The notes: generated by a model not told the origin, from the letters alone. DNA of 64,000 bases from Octopus sinensis (GCF_006345805.1 NC_043013.1:36084001-36148000); one strand, 5' to 3'. Positions 11,522 through 25,390 are shown, counted from the first letter of the stretch. Program-made: numbers and translations.

Positions 11522-13695
11522 GTAGAAATATGTTACGAAAAGAAAATATAAAATACACATGAAAATGTAAGGGTAAAATATGAAAAATCAACGAAAAGGC
11601 ATATTGCAAATAGAAAAAGGCTATTTATGACAGGTAAAGACAAATATATACATTTAGATTGACTGAGGTAGTAATACGAGTCATAAAAGTCATTATTATG
11701 AGATTATTATAAGATGATAATAAAGTAAGAGAACAACACCGGTTAATACACGGTGTCAGGTTTAATAGTTCCTGAGAAAAAAGATTATTTGTAAGGGAGG
11801 TAAGTAGTTCTGGATTTAGAGATGTGAGTGGTGTAGGAAGTGTATAGGGTTTAGTGGTTTCAATTGAAGAGTTAGTGGTGTTCTGTATTGAGTTGTGTGT
11901 TCATATTTAGTTGGGGGAAAAATTTTTGATGAAAAATGCCTCTTTATTCAACCTTTATTGCATTGTGGTGTTCTTTGAACATTGGTAAAAGGGAAATATT
12001 TGGAAATTGGGATTAAGATTCCTGGCACATCTTTCTATGTGTTCACTCACCTTTAACTCTGTATTGTGGGTGACGGATTTGCTCTTTGTGAAAGGTGATT
12101 CTTTGACGGAGCGAAATTCTTGTTTGTCCATTAGAACATCCACATTTTGTCACTTTTGGCTCAGTTGTTAATGGGTTAAGTCTAGCGCTGGTTAATATTT
12201 TTTTCAGTGACTTCGGTTGCTTTTTGCTTTTTATAATCTTATATGAGCTTAAAATTTTGTTCATTGTTCTGTCTGCTGTGAGGATGGGAAGGTTTTAGGT
12301 GATGATGTTGAAGGCTTCGTTGTTTCTGGGGTTATGTGTGGAGATGTACGGGAGTATTTTTAAGTCTTGTTTAGTATTTCGGCTAGTTTTCCTTAACCTT
12401 TGTATATCTATTTCCTTAGCTCTTTTTATGCCTTCATTTACTAATGAGATTGGGTAATGTCTTTTAGTTAGTGTAGATCTAAGTTCAAGGAGTCTATGTT
12501 CTCGAGTGTATGTATCGGAAACTATGGTGCAGATTCTTTTTGCTAGGTTAAAGGGTATGTTGATTTTTATGTGTTTGGGGTGGCAGGAGTTAAATAATAG
12601 GTATTGTTTAGAATCTGTGGGTTTATAAAAGATGTCTGTTTCTATGTGGTTGTTAACTATTCTAATTAAGATGTCTAGGAAAGGGAGTTGCTTACTGTTG
12701 TGTTCCATAGTGAATTGTTTATTGCTGTGTATGTTGTTGAGCATTCTTTTGAAATCAAGGAGTTGATCCATGCTGTCTTGCCAAAGTATGAAGCAATCAT
12801 CTAAATATCTCTTCCAGTGCTCCTTTAAGTAGCAATTAAAAGAGGCGCCATATTTTTCTAGTGATGATTGGTATCACTTGAGTTCGTGGTAACCCATTAC
12901 GAGGTTTGCAATCACTGGAGCAGCTCTGGTCCCCATTGCAATTCCGCATTTCTGTCGATAGTAAGTAGTATCGAACAAGAAATGATTGTTCAACAGGACG
13001 AATTTCAGTACTTCAATTACAAAATTTTGGTTAATTCGTCCTGGGATCTCTTCTGGGTATTTTTCTAGCCAAAATGTGATTGCTTCTATGCCATAGTCAT
13101 GTGGGATATTAGTGTATAGATTCACCATATTGAAAGATACCAGTAGAGTTCTGTCCTTTACTGTTTTCAGGAGGTGGTTCAGCATGTCTAGGTCATCCCT
13201 GATATAGCTTTTCACATATTTTAAAAGAGGTTTGAGTAATATGTCGAGGAAGTTACTCAAATGGTGGGTTTCGCAAGAAGGCCCAGCTATGATGGGTCTG
13301 AGTTTGAGGTTAGTAGGGGGAGGAACATTAATGCATAGGCTTGTAGAGACTTTGCAGGCTTCACAAATGAGTGGATTTTTATGTATGTTGGGTAATCTGT
13401 AGAATAGACTAGGACTGTATTTGAAATTGGATAAATAGTCAATTTCATGTGTTGTAAGACCCATTCCATGAATTTGGAATAAGGAGGATAAGTTTTTCAG
13501 AGTTTTCTGTGGGTTGTTATATGTTAGTTTCTCATAGTAAGTATTATTTTCCAACATGGAAAGTATTAAATTTTTGTAGTACTCTGTATCCATCAATACT
13601 ACCGCACTTCTTTGTCGGCTTCTTTAATAGTGAGGTTTAAGTCATTTTTTAGCTCGACAAGGTCTTTCCATTCATTTAAATTAAGGTTGGATTTG

Positions 13696-13698
<3 letters not shown>
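11521..13698 (-). mobile_element. Penelope-like element (RT plus GIY-YIG), 5'-truncated, pseudogenised
   Basis: LRPIIAG, LYTNIP, QKCGIAMGTRAAPVIANLVMG, RYLDD (12797-12811, same frame after a single TGA at 12874), LPFLDI, YKPTDSKQYL, SCHPKH, then GQT..SLRQR..H and VSEH..C endonuclease C-terminus. Flanked by (TA)n on both sides. Confidence 0.92.
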
Positions 13699-13739
<41 letters not shown>

Positions 13740-13888
13740 CAATAATAATAAAGGGTAAAATTAAGGGACATGCTCAACTGGTTAAGGTAAAACAACTGAC
13801 AAGCAAATCTGTGGTATTGAGCAGAATATTTGCTGTAGCCCATCTTTTATACCAAGACAAAACAATTTACATGATATTATTATTATTA

Positions 13889-13929
<41 letters not shown>

Positions 13930-14000
13930 TTATTATTATTATTATCATTATTATTATTATCATTCTTCTTCTTCTTCTTCTTATTATTATTATTATTAGT

Positions 14001-14955
14001 AAGTTGGTGCGCTGGCAGAATTGTTAGCACAGCAGGCAAAGTGTATAGTAGCATTTCGTCCATCTTCATGTTCTGAGTTCAAATTCTGCTGAGGTCGACT
14101 CTTCTGCTGAGGTCGACTTTGCCTGTCATTCTTTTGGGGGATCAATAAAACAGGTACCAGCTGAGGACTTGGATTGATAGAATTAACTTACACCCTCTCT
14201 CAAAATTTGTGCTGAAATGTGAAATTCTTAAGGCAGCAAGTTGGTAGAATCATTAACATGCTGAGCAAAGTGCTTAGTATTTTGTCTGTCTTTTTACATT
14301 CTAAGTTCAAATTCTGGCAAGGTTGACTTCGCTTTTCATCCTTTTGGGACTAGTCGAATAAGTACCAGCTGGACACTGGAATTGATGTAATCGATTAAAC
14401 CTCTTCCATGGTATTGCTGGCCTTGTGCCAAAAGTTGAAGTCATTATTATTAATAGGAAAAAGGCGGTGAGCTGACAGAGTCGTTAGCACGTGGGGTAAC
14501 TGCTGTTATGTTCTGAGTTCAAATTCTGTCGAGGTTGACTTTGCTTTTCATCCTTTCGGGGTTGATGAAATAAGTACCAGTTATGCACTTGGGTCGATGT
14601 AATCAACTAGCCCACTTCCCCCAAAATTTTCAAGGCCTTGTGCCTAGAGTGTAGAAATAATTATTGTTAATAGGAAATAGTTAAAGTGGTGATCTGGCTG
14701 AATCGTTAACAGACAAGACAAAAAATTGCTTAGCAGCATTTCCTCCGTCTTTATGTTCTGAGTTCAGATTCTGCTGAAGTCAGCTTTGATGTCATCCTTT
14801 ACAGGGTCAATAAAATAAGTACCAGTTATGCTCTGGGGTTGATGCAATTGACTTACTGTCTTCCCCCCCAAAATTGCTGGCTCTGAAATTGCTGGCCCTA
14901 ATTTTTTGACAACATTATTCAAAAATTGCTGGCCTTGTGTCAAAATCTGAAAGCA
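14001..14955 (+). mobile_element. Tandem array of four SINE family B copies
   Basis: Heads at ~14001, 14230, 14460 and 14683, each with the GAGTTCAAATTC..GAGGTCGACTT core, preceded by (TTA)n at 13875-13998. Confidence 0.9.
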
Positions 14956-15024
14956 ATTTTAATAGTAGCAAGTAGCAGAAGTTTGCCTTTTTGTTTTTGA
15001 AAATGTTTCACTCCACTCTTTTCC

Positions 15025-15076
<52 letters not shown>

Positions 15077-15664
15077 TCCTTCCAACAAGTAAATTCAGAA
15101 CGATAGACAAAAAAAAAAAAAACCAAAAAAAAAAACCAATAAAACAAAAGGAACAAAAAAAAAGAAATAAAGAAAAGACAAAGAACAACAAACCTTTTCA
15201 AAGAATCGGGCAATAACCTACATTGTGTAGTGCTACATCTTGGAAAGATGCTGTGAAAAATAACTATATTCATTAAAGTTTATTATGGAACCTTGATCAA
15301 ACCACAGAAAATCCCCCGCTATTTAAAAAGACAACAAAGATCGGAAACTTGACAGCATAAGTTCAAGACTTGGTGATCTTTCGTTCTTTCACTTAATTAG
15401 TTATACTGTTATTTTTTTTTATTTATTCTGCTTTTTTAAATTTCAATTTTAATTATTGGTTTGTTTTTGAATTTTCTAAATGTAATTTAGTGTTTTGTTC
15501 CAATTTTTGCAAATATTATTAGTATTATTAGTTATTGAACTTATATTCTGACAAGATTGTCGTTGTCGTTGTTGTTGCTGTATATATTTTTTTGTTGCAT
15601 GGTATATTTAGTAACCCTTTCCTTTTATATGCATTTTTAGCTCCTTTCATTGATCTAGTATTAA

Positions 15665-15668
15665 AGAT

Positions 15669-15701
<33 letters not shown>

Positions 15702-16898
15702 CACACATGTATACACAGATGCATACGGACACATGAAGACACCCATATATATATATACATATATATATATTCATTTACACATGCTAACATACATGCATAC
15801 ACACACACATGTGTGTGCATATATATGCATATACAAAGATACGCACAGACATTTACATGTGTGCACACATATATACACATGTACATGTATATATATTTAC
15901 ACATGCTAATATGCATGCATACATACATAAATATAGACACACACACACTACACATATATATATATGTATATGCATAACTACATACATACACATATATACA
16001 CACTCACATATATATGTTATATAGATAGATAGATAGATAGATAGATAGAGAGATAGGTATATACATGCATATATAGGTGTAGAAATATAGACATATATAT
16101 TTACACAAGCTAATATGCATGTATACATGCATAAATACACATACACACACTACACACTATACATATATGCATACATGCATACATACATACATACATACAT
16201 ACATACATGCATATATATACACAACATACACATATGTATATATATGTTTGATATATATGTATATATATATATATAGATAGATAGGTATATGCATACATAT
16301 ATAAGTGTAAAAATATATACGTATATATATATGTATATATATTTACACAACCTAATATGCATGCATACATATATATATATGCACACACACACACATACAC
16401 ATATATATGTATATACATATATACACAGAGACATATGCTATATGCATACACACACACATATATATATATATAAATACATATATATATACATACATATATA
16501 TATATATACATATGCTCACAAACGGTGCTGCATACATACAGCGAAGTCATTCTCGGTACTTGTCTTGCTTGTATTATCTTTTTCATTATCACTCATTTTC
16601 TTGCGCATCCTCTCTCTGAAGTCTCCCAATTATTCAAGACACACACTCAGACATCACACTTCCACACACACATACTTATATGTACACACGCACAAATACC
16701 TATCTATCTCTCTATATACAAATGTATATACAATATATATATATACACACACACACACGTGCACACACATGCACACATATATAGACATACATACATATAT
16801 GTATACAGATGCGTCTTTTGTTTTTCTTAAATTCTCACTATATATATATATACATATACATACATATATGTATATATATATATATATATATAAATATG

Positions 16899-16984
<86 letters not shown>

Positions 16985-17011
16985 CATATATGTATATATA
17001 TGTGTGTGTCA

Positions 17012-17046
<35 letters not shown>

Positions 17047-17500
17047 ATATATATATATATAGATTGATAGATTGAGACATATAGATAGATATATATATGT
17101 AAATATGAATATATTTATATGTATATCTATATATGTATATACATACACACACGTACACACATATATATATATATATACACAGACACACGCATACATATGT
17201 GTATACATATACACACACACATGCACACACGTCTTTTGTATGTGTAATGAATAGCTCTGTCTTAGATACAGGAAAAAAATAATAAAGCAACAAATCAATG
17301 TTATTTAAATTAAAATAATGAAGCTACCACCACCACCACCACCACCACCACCATCACCACCACTACCACCACCACCACCACCCCTACTATCACTACCACC
17401 ACTACCACCACTACCTCCACGGCACCGACCACCACCACCAACACCACCACCACCACCACCACCACTACTACTACTACTACCACCAACACTACTACTACTA

Positions 17501-17549
<49 letters not shown>

Positions 17550-18006
17550 GTTTAGATAATAGATAATAATGCTGATAATAACAACAATAGGCTATCTGAA
17601 TGTCAAAAGTTTTTCACAGAGACACATATGTGTACTTTCATTTACACATACACCAGTCTTCTTTCAATGTGTGTATGTATTAGTGAATGTATGCGTGTGT
17701 TTGCCTGTGTCAATGCATACTTACACACATACATACACATGCACACACACACACATACACTGATAGATAAGCATTTAATATATTCTCTCATTGGTATTAA
17801 GATCTCTCTCTCTCTTTCTCTCTCTCTCTACATTTCTATGTATTTTCTTATACATACATATATACATTCATACATACGTACATACATACATACATACATT
17901 CATACATACATAGATACATACATACATACATACATACATACGTACATACATACATACATACAGACATACATTCATACATACATAGATACATGCATACATA
18001 TATACA

Positions 18007-18072
<66 letters not shown>

Positions 18073-18090
18073 ATATTATATACTTACACA

Positions 18091-18136
<46 letters not shown>

Positions 18137-18245
18137 AATATATACATATTTATATATATATGTATGTATGTATGTACGTATATCTATGTGTGTGTATTAT
18201 AATATATATATGTGTATGTATGCAATTATCTATATATGTATATGT
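15665..18245. repeat. Microsatellite field including (CAC)n/(CTA)n at 17325-17548
   Basis: Direct reading. Confidence 0.9.
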
Positions 18246-18491
18246 ATTTGAGAAATCTCCACCAAAATAGCTAAAAAGAGACAATAAGTGTTCAGGAGAT
18301 AAATTCCAGACAAAATTTTCTCTGTCGTCGAAAGAATTATATAGACTCTGATGAATTCAAACTAATTAAAGAAGTCTTCCACAGATTTCGGTCCTGCTTA
18401 CTTGTAATTCTTTAAAGTCTTTTATTAATTAAGTCTAATTGTTTTCTTTTTACCTATTCTTTACACTAGTGAGTTGCTGGGGATGAATGTG

Positions 18492-18523
<32 letters not shown>

Positions 18524-18714
18524 GTTGTTGGTGGTGTTGTTGGTGGTGTTGTTGGTGTTGGTGGTGGAGGTGGAGGCATTGTTGGGGGTGAGATCGAAGT
18601 TAGCGTTTAAGAATGGTGGCAGGGATGACTGTTGTGGGAATGGTGTTAGTGTTGCAAGAATGGTGGGGATGATAGAATCGCAGTTGATATTTTGGACATG
18701 GATTTGGTGTTCTT

Positions 18715-19070
18715 AGAGGAGTGGCTGTATTGTGGGACTGGGGGTTACATTATAAGAATGGTTGTGAAGTTGTGGGAATGATGGTTATATTGTGAAGATG
18801 GTGGCTATATTGTGGGTACAGTGGTCATTTTCTGGGAATAGAGGGGGGATCATATTGTGGAAATGGTAGTTTCATTGTGGGAATGGTGGTTATATTGTGG
18901 GGTGGTGACTACATTGTGTGAACTGTAGTCATTTTGTGGGAACAGTGGGATCATATTTTGGAAATGGTGGTTAAGTGGGAATGGTAGTTATATTGTGTGG
19001 ATAGTACTTATATTGTGAAGATGTTTGTTGTATTGTGGGAATGGTGATTATATAGTGGGCATGTAGTGGC
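18715..19070. repeat. Degenerate ~20-bp G/T-rich minisatellite (GGAATGGTGGTTATATTGTG-like)
   Basis: Recurrent ATTGTGGGAATGGTGG units; related sequence continues at 19660-20330. Confidence 0.7.
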
Positions 19071-19155
19071 AGGGCCATCTTAGCAACATTCTATAATAGC
19101 CCCAGCAAATCAATGCTTTGGATCCTTGGGATGAAGTAATGGGTGGGCATTTACT

Positions 19156-19575
19156 TACTCCTTTACTCTCTTTTACTCTTTTACTTGTTTCAGTCATTTG
19201 ACTGCGGCCATGCTGGAGCACCGCCTTTTAGTCAAGCAAATCGACCCCGGGACTTATTCTTTGTAAGCCCAGTACTTATTCTATCGGCCTCTTTTGCCGA
19301 ACCACTAAGTGACGGGGACGTAACCACGCCAGCATCGGTTGTTAAGCAATGCTAGGGAGACAAACACAGACACACAAATACATACACACACATATATATA
19401 TATACATATATACAACAGGCTTCTTTCAGTTTCCGTCTATCAAATCTACTCACAAGGCATTGGTCGGCCCGGGGCTATAGCAGAAGACACTTGCCCAAGA
19501 TGCCACACAGTGGGACTGAACCCGGACCCATGTGGTTGGTTAGCAAGCTACTTACCACACAGCCACTCCTGCGCA
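19156..19575 (-). mobile_element. SINE family A, full length, young
   Basis: Near-consensus from the (ACTCTTTT)n tail to the CACAGCCACTCCTGCGC head. Confidence 0.95.
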
Positions 19576-20499
19576 ATCCACAATATACATAGATCATATT
19601 TGAGCCCATATACTTGTAAGGCCCCAAGGGGCAACTTGCCACTGTTCCTATGCCTTAGACAATAATGTGTGCTGGTGTAGTGGGGATGGCAGTAAGTGTT
19701 ATTGTGGGAATTTTGGTGATACTTGTGAGTTGTGGGAATAGTCATTGTGGCAGGAAGGAGGAGTAGGGTAACAGTTTTAGTGGTATTGAAGTAAAAAGGG
19801 TAGAACGACACTTTAGGGTAAGTGGTGTTGGTGTAGAATACTGGTTGCTGGAATGGTGGTGGCATGATACAATAAAGGAATGATGCAGGTGCAGAATACT
19901 TGTGGGAATCAGGGTTAATGGCATTTCTCTGTGGGATAGGTTCTGGTGGTGTAGAAGGCTAGTGGTGTAGGATGTTGGCATAGAATATTAATTTGTGGGA
20001 TTGTAGCATAGAAGGGGGTTAGTTTTGAATCGCAGAATCATGAGCTGGTGGTAAAGAACGATAGCAATCCAGAACATAGATAGATCATATTTGAACCCAT
20101 ATACCTGTGAAGCCCCACTGTTCCTATGCCTTAGACAGTAATGTGTGGTGATGTAATGGGGATGGGGGTAAGTTTTATTGTGGGAATTTTGGAGATACTT
20201 GTGGGTTGTAGGAATAGTCATTGCGGCATTGTTGCAGGAATAAGGGGTAGGGTAGTGGTGTAGAATGGTGATGTGGCAGGATAGTAATGCTAAATTGGAG
20301 CATGGATAGCAATGTTGGTGCCAAGAAAAACAAAAATGGAAATATCAGTGTGAAAGTAGAGGAATTGTGAGAATGATTGAATTATAAGTATTTTGGCAGC
20401 ATGACACTGTTGGAGTGGGTTCTGTGGATCAAAGAGAAAGAATTGGTGCTGTGTAGCATTATAGTGATGTCTGAGTGGAGCTGGTAGAATCGGTGATAT

Positions 20500-21702
20500 A
20501 ATATGGTAATAATAGTTTTGTAGCAGTGATGGAGTGGTATTTGTGGAGGAAAATGTTAATGTCGGTGATGGTGGTGTTGCTATTGGTTGAAGATTGTCAG
20601 TTGTTGTATGGGTGGTGGTGGTGGGTGGTGGTAGTAGTGCTTGTGCTGATGGCAGCAGTGGTGGTAGTAATGGTGGTGGGTGGTGGTAGTAGTGCTTGTG
20701 CTGGTGGCAGCAGTGGTGGTAATAATAGTAGTGATGGTGGTGATGTTGATGGTGATGTTGGTGGTTGAGGTATCACAGATGGTGGTGGATGGTGATTGTG
20801 GTGTTGGTGCTGGTGTTGTTGGTGTGGTGTTGGTAGCAGTGATGGTGGTGGTGACAGCGAAACTGGTGGTATTAGTGGCAGTGATCATTGTGGTTGTGGT
20901 AGATGTGATGGATGCAGTGGTTGTAGTTGTGGTGGTGGTAGTGGTAGTATTCATGTTGGTTGTGGTGGTTGCAGTGGTAGTTGTGGTTATTGTCAGGGAC
21001 ACATGATAGTTGTGGTGGTCATAGTGGTGTTGGTGGTGTTAAATGAAAGAGGAGATGAAAGCAATGGTGATGAAGCATATTGTATGAGATTCATGTAGGT
21101 GGGTGGCGCTTGGGTGGAATTGGTTGGCACATGGCGAAGAGAGGTTCTTCAAATTAAAAACGAGAGGAGAATGAGAGGAGAATCATTGTAAAGAGGTGGT
21201 TCTCAAAAGGATTTAGGATGGTTTTTGTCACAAAAATTCTTAAATACAAAGAGTGTACATAACATGATAATGATGATGATGATGATGATGATGACGATGA
21301 CGAAGATGATGATGATGATGATGATGATGATGATAATGAATGATGACAGTGATGATGATGATGACGATGACAGTGATGGTGATGATGATGATGATGACGA
21401 TGACAGTGATGGTAATGATGATGACGATGACAGTGATGGTAATGATGATGACGATGACATGATGGTAATGATGATGAATGATGACGATGACAGCGATGGT
21501 GATGATGATGATGATGATGACGATGAGAGTGATGGTGGTGATGGTGATGGTGATGACGATGATGATGACTGATGGTGGTGATGATGATGATGATGATGAT
21601 GATGAATGATGACGATGATCATGACAGTGATGGTGGTGATGACGATAATGATGATAATGATGGTGATGGTGATGATGACAATGACAGTGATGGTGGTGAT
21701 GG

Positions 21703-21739
<37 letters not shown>

Positions 21740-21830
21740 CAAGGTGACTACGGCAATGATGATGATTATGATGAGGATGATGATGATGATGCTGATGAGG
21801 ATTGACAAAAATAGTAATAATTGTAATGAT
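20500..21830. repeat. (GGT/GTT)n low complexity followed by long (GAT)n with GAC/GGT variants (21258-21830)
   Basis: Direct reading. Confidence 0.9.
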
Positions 21831-22078
21831 GATTATTAGGATTAGCATACTGATAAATAATAATGATGACAATCAACGATAAGAAAATTAAAAAAGGCTA
21901 AATTAATTAAAGTAAATTCATATTCATAATAAAAAAATATATATTGCTAAGAATGAATTATAATTAGTGTGAAATCTGAGTATGCATTTAATTGTGCATG
22001 CATACATGCCTGTGCGCATGTACATATGTGTATAAATATCTATATATGTGCATAGGTACATATATATACACACACACG

Positions 22079-22130
<52 letters not shown>

Positions 22131-22133
<3 letters not shown>

Positions 22134-22240
22134 GATGGCACAAAAGTAGATGTACAGGCAACTTTAAATTTCTTTCAAAACATTTTATTACATTTAAAGA
22201 GATATTAGAATAACTGTAAGCCCACTTTTGGGCCACCCTG
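22131..22240. mobile_element. 110-bp Tc1/mariner-type MITE
   Basis: Imperfect ~27-bp TIRs CAGGATGGCACAAAAGTAGATGTACAG and CAGGGTGGCCCAAAAGTGGGCTTACAG (reverse complement); inserted at the end of a (TA)n run. Confidence 0.75.
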
Positions 22241-22248
22241 TGTATGTG

Positions 22249-22313
<65 letters not shown>

Positions 22314-22320
<7 letters not shown>

Positions 22321-22415
22321 GAAATGAGGTACTCAGAAGAACGGATGGTTTATATTTAAATAAATATCTGTAAATATAAACCATCCGATCTTCTGAGTAC
22401 CTCATTTCTTCTAAT
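22314..22415. repeat. Near-perfect 45-bp-arm inverted repeat (hairpin)
   Basis: ATTAGAAGAAATGAGGTACTCAGAAGA(A/T)CGGATGGTTTATATTTA arms, one mismatch, 12-nt spacer. Confidence 0.9.
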
Positions 22416-22659
22416 ATATAATACCTGTACATCATCTCCAAACCTTCCAGTATATATGTATATATATATATATTACAGTGTACATTTAAACACATAAAGA
22501 GGTAGCCATCATAGGAATCCCTTATGCTAGAAAGAACAGTGTATTTTATATGAATAATATATAGTCTATTGATTAATTTTTCTATATGCTAGGCCACAGG
22601 TAGCAACAAATTTATAAAATCTTTATTACCCTGATATTATTAATTATATATATATACAT

Positions 22660-22715
<56 letters not shown>

Positions 22716-22918
22716 GTAGATAGATAGATAGATAGATACATACAAAGTATGGGGGTTTAGTTCACAAGTGATCTAAACGATTAGGTACACTAGGTAAGAA
22801 CTGTAAAGGATTGCTAGGGCTTCAAGATTATAACTGAGATGGTAGTTATGAAGCTATTGCAGATTTCTGTTGCAGCAGATGTATAATTGTTGTTCTCTTT
22901 AATAATTGCATATATATA

Positions 22919-23146
22919 GACGCAGGAGTGGCTGTGTGGTAAGTAGCTTGCTAACCAGCCACATGGTTCCGGGTTCAGTCCCACTGCGTGGCATCTTATG
23001 CAAGTGTCTTCTGCTATAGCCTCGGGCCGACCAAAGCCTTGTGAGTGGATTTGGTAGTTGGAAACTGAAAGAAGCCTGTCGTATATATGTATATGTATAT
23101 ATGTATATGTATATATGTGTGTGTGTGTCTGTGTTTGTCCCCCTAG
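22919..23146 (+). mobile_element. SINE family A, 5' half
   Basis: GACGCAGGAGTGGCTGTGTGGTAAGTAGC head through GTGTTTGTCCCCCTAG. Confidence 0.9.
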
Positions 23147-23779
23147 GATGGAGCTCTAAAATGTGAGAGTTAAGGCCCCAGAAAAGTTGAATTATTGAAA
23201 ATCTTTTTAACTTGGGTCTTATATCTATTGTTTGAATTTCTTTGAAATAGGAAATATATGTTCACTGGGTTTGGAAAAGAGAGCAAAGCTACAGGAAACC
23301 AAAAGACGAATGATCACAATAAGCAGTCAGTTACACTACCCTAGTCGTTACCACTCCCAATGTAGGATTCCTCACCATCTAGGTGACAGGCACAGCCGTA
23401 AGATGCTTTATGAATCTATTGCAATTGGAAGGGCGTGACCCAACTGAAATCAACATTAACAACTGTTTGACGTGAGGGCTAAGGAGAAATGAAAGTGTCA
23501 CCTCTGGAGTTTGCAAATGACAACTGATACATAACTGGACATAATAAATTTAAAATCTATAAATGTCTTTGAATAATCAGTCAATCATTTGGGAAGGCCA
23601 TGAAATCAATGTTACCATTTGGGGACTATGTGTGACCGAGTGATAATAAAAAGACTGAAAGGAGGTCTGCAATCAAATAACTTTACTCAACATTTTGCAA
23701 CTGAATCAGTGGAGGCAAAGATGCCTCTCATTTACTTGACAATTTATGCACCACATTGCAGAAATCACAATGTAAAATC

Positions 23780-23908
23780 TCAGACAATAACAATTAGTAT
23801 TGTATTTATTGTCTGTGAAAATTATAGAATATAAAACAACTTTGATAAAAACTTATACCTACTTTTCTGACGAAAACAATGCCGTTCTGAACATTTTGGC
23901 CGCAACTG
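23780..23908 (-). mobile_element. Terminal fragment of a Tc1-like transposon
   Basis: Reverse complement reads TA|CAGTTGCGGCCAAAATGTTCAGAAC, a Tc1-type TIR start at a TA site. Confidence 0.5.
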
Positions 23909-23916
23909 TATATATG

Positions 23917-24073
<157 letters not shown>

Positions 24074-24381
24074 TAGATATAGATATAGATACACACACAC
24101 ACATGCACACGTACAAAGATAAATTGATTGATACAACTGAGTGGGCAAACAAAAATATGAGACACAGCCTAGTGCTTTTTTATGTTGATAAGCCTAGTAC
24201 TTATTCTATTAGTTTGTTCTGGTGAAACCAGTAAGTTATGTGGATGTAAATAAATGAACAGCAGTTGTGAAGCAGTGATGAGGGTGAAACAGAGACAAAG
24301 ACACACACATACACTTACATATATACATACATATATATACGATTGATTTGTTACAGTTCCTGTCTACGAAATCCATATATA

Positions 24382-25390
24382 TTGCTGTTAGCATCCTTTT
24401 TGTCTTGGCTTTTACATTTCATGTCCTAATACATCTCCTGCTGTGGCTGTGTAGTCCTATCCTGGACAAACACTCCTTCTGGCAGGTCCCGCAAATGTAG
24501 CTGGCAGGTCCCGCTTTGCCTGGCTGGTTGTAATGTCATAGTTTCTTGTTGACGTCTTTTCTTGTCTTTCCATTTCTCCTTTCTCTCTATGTTACTCCTT
24601 TGTGTTCCCTCTTTCACGGTACGTCGCCAATCTCCACGGTTGCTGACAACTGCTTCCCAGCTGGTAATATTGATGTTGCAGGCATTCATGTCCCTTTCGC
24701 AAACATCCTTGTATCGTAAGAACGGTCTTCCCACAGACCTAGTGCCCCTAGCAAGCTCTCCGTTGAGTATGTCCTTGGGGATTCTGCCATCTGCCATACG
24801 GCTAACATGTCCAAGCCATCTCATACGTCTTTGTGTGAGGAGTGCAAAGATGCTTGATATTCCTGCTTGCTTGAGGACATCTTTGTTGGGGACATGATTC
24901 TGCCATTTGATGCGAAGGATTTTCCGGAGGCAGCGCAGGTGAAAGATATTTAGGCGACGTATGGCGTCGTATGACGTGTGTATGGCGTCCAAGTCTCACT
25001 TCCATACAGTAGAGTGCTAAGTACTCATGTCTGGTAAATCTTCATTTTTGTGGTCTTGGTCAGCTTATTGTTGTCCCATGCGCGTTTGGTGAGTTGGGCC
25101 TTTACAGCAGCTGCCTTGCCAATGCGTATATTGAGCTCAGCATCAAGAGATAGGTTGTAGGTGACGGTAGAGCCAAGATAGGTAAACTTCTCCACCTCCT
25201 GTAGTCTGTGGTCTCCAATATGTATGTTTGGGATGTCCGATGTAGCCTGGCCCATGATGCTGGACTTCTTGAGGCTGATAACTAAGCCAAAGTTGCCAAA
25301 TGCTTTCTCAAAACAGTTGATGAGCCTTCGTAGGGCTTCTTCTGTGTGTGATACCAGAGCGGCATCATCAGCAAATAGCATCTCCTTGAT
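24382..25390 (-). mobile_element. RTE (BovB-like) LINE 3' fragment, duplicate of 57812-58841
   Basis: MLFADDAAL, FTYLGS, FHLRCLRKIL, RMRWLGHVSRM.DGRIPK, ELARG.R..GRP.LRYKD; 3' end inserted into a family A SINE remnant (24175-24377). Confidence 0.92.

Noticed and set aside
14001-14955. Regularly spaced repeats superficially like a CRISPR array
   Set aside because: The units are ~230-bp diverged SINE copies without unique spacers; no cas genes; eukaryotic context.
18344-18376. GACU-CUGAUGA...AGUC hammerhead-like start
   Set aside because: No GAAA box, helix II or NUH triplet between the helix I strands.
21203-21872. Poly-Asp/His/Ser/Met/Ile ORFs (also 17318-17566, 20526-21006, 45064-45710, 46411-46926, 51334-51883)
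   Set aside because: Triplet microsatellites open in several frames on both strands; no flanking protein-like sequence or splice context.
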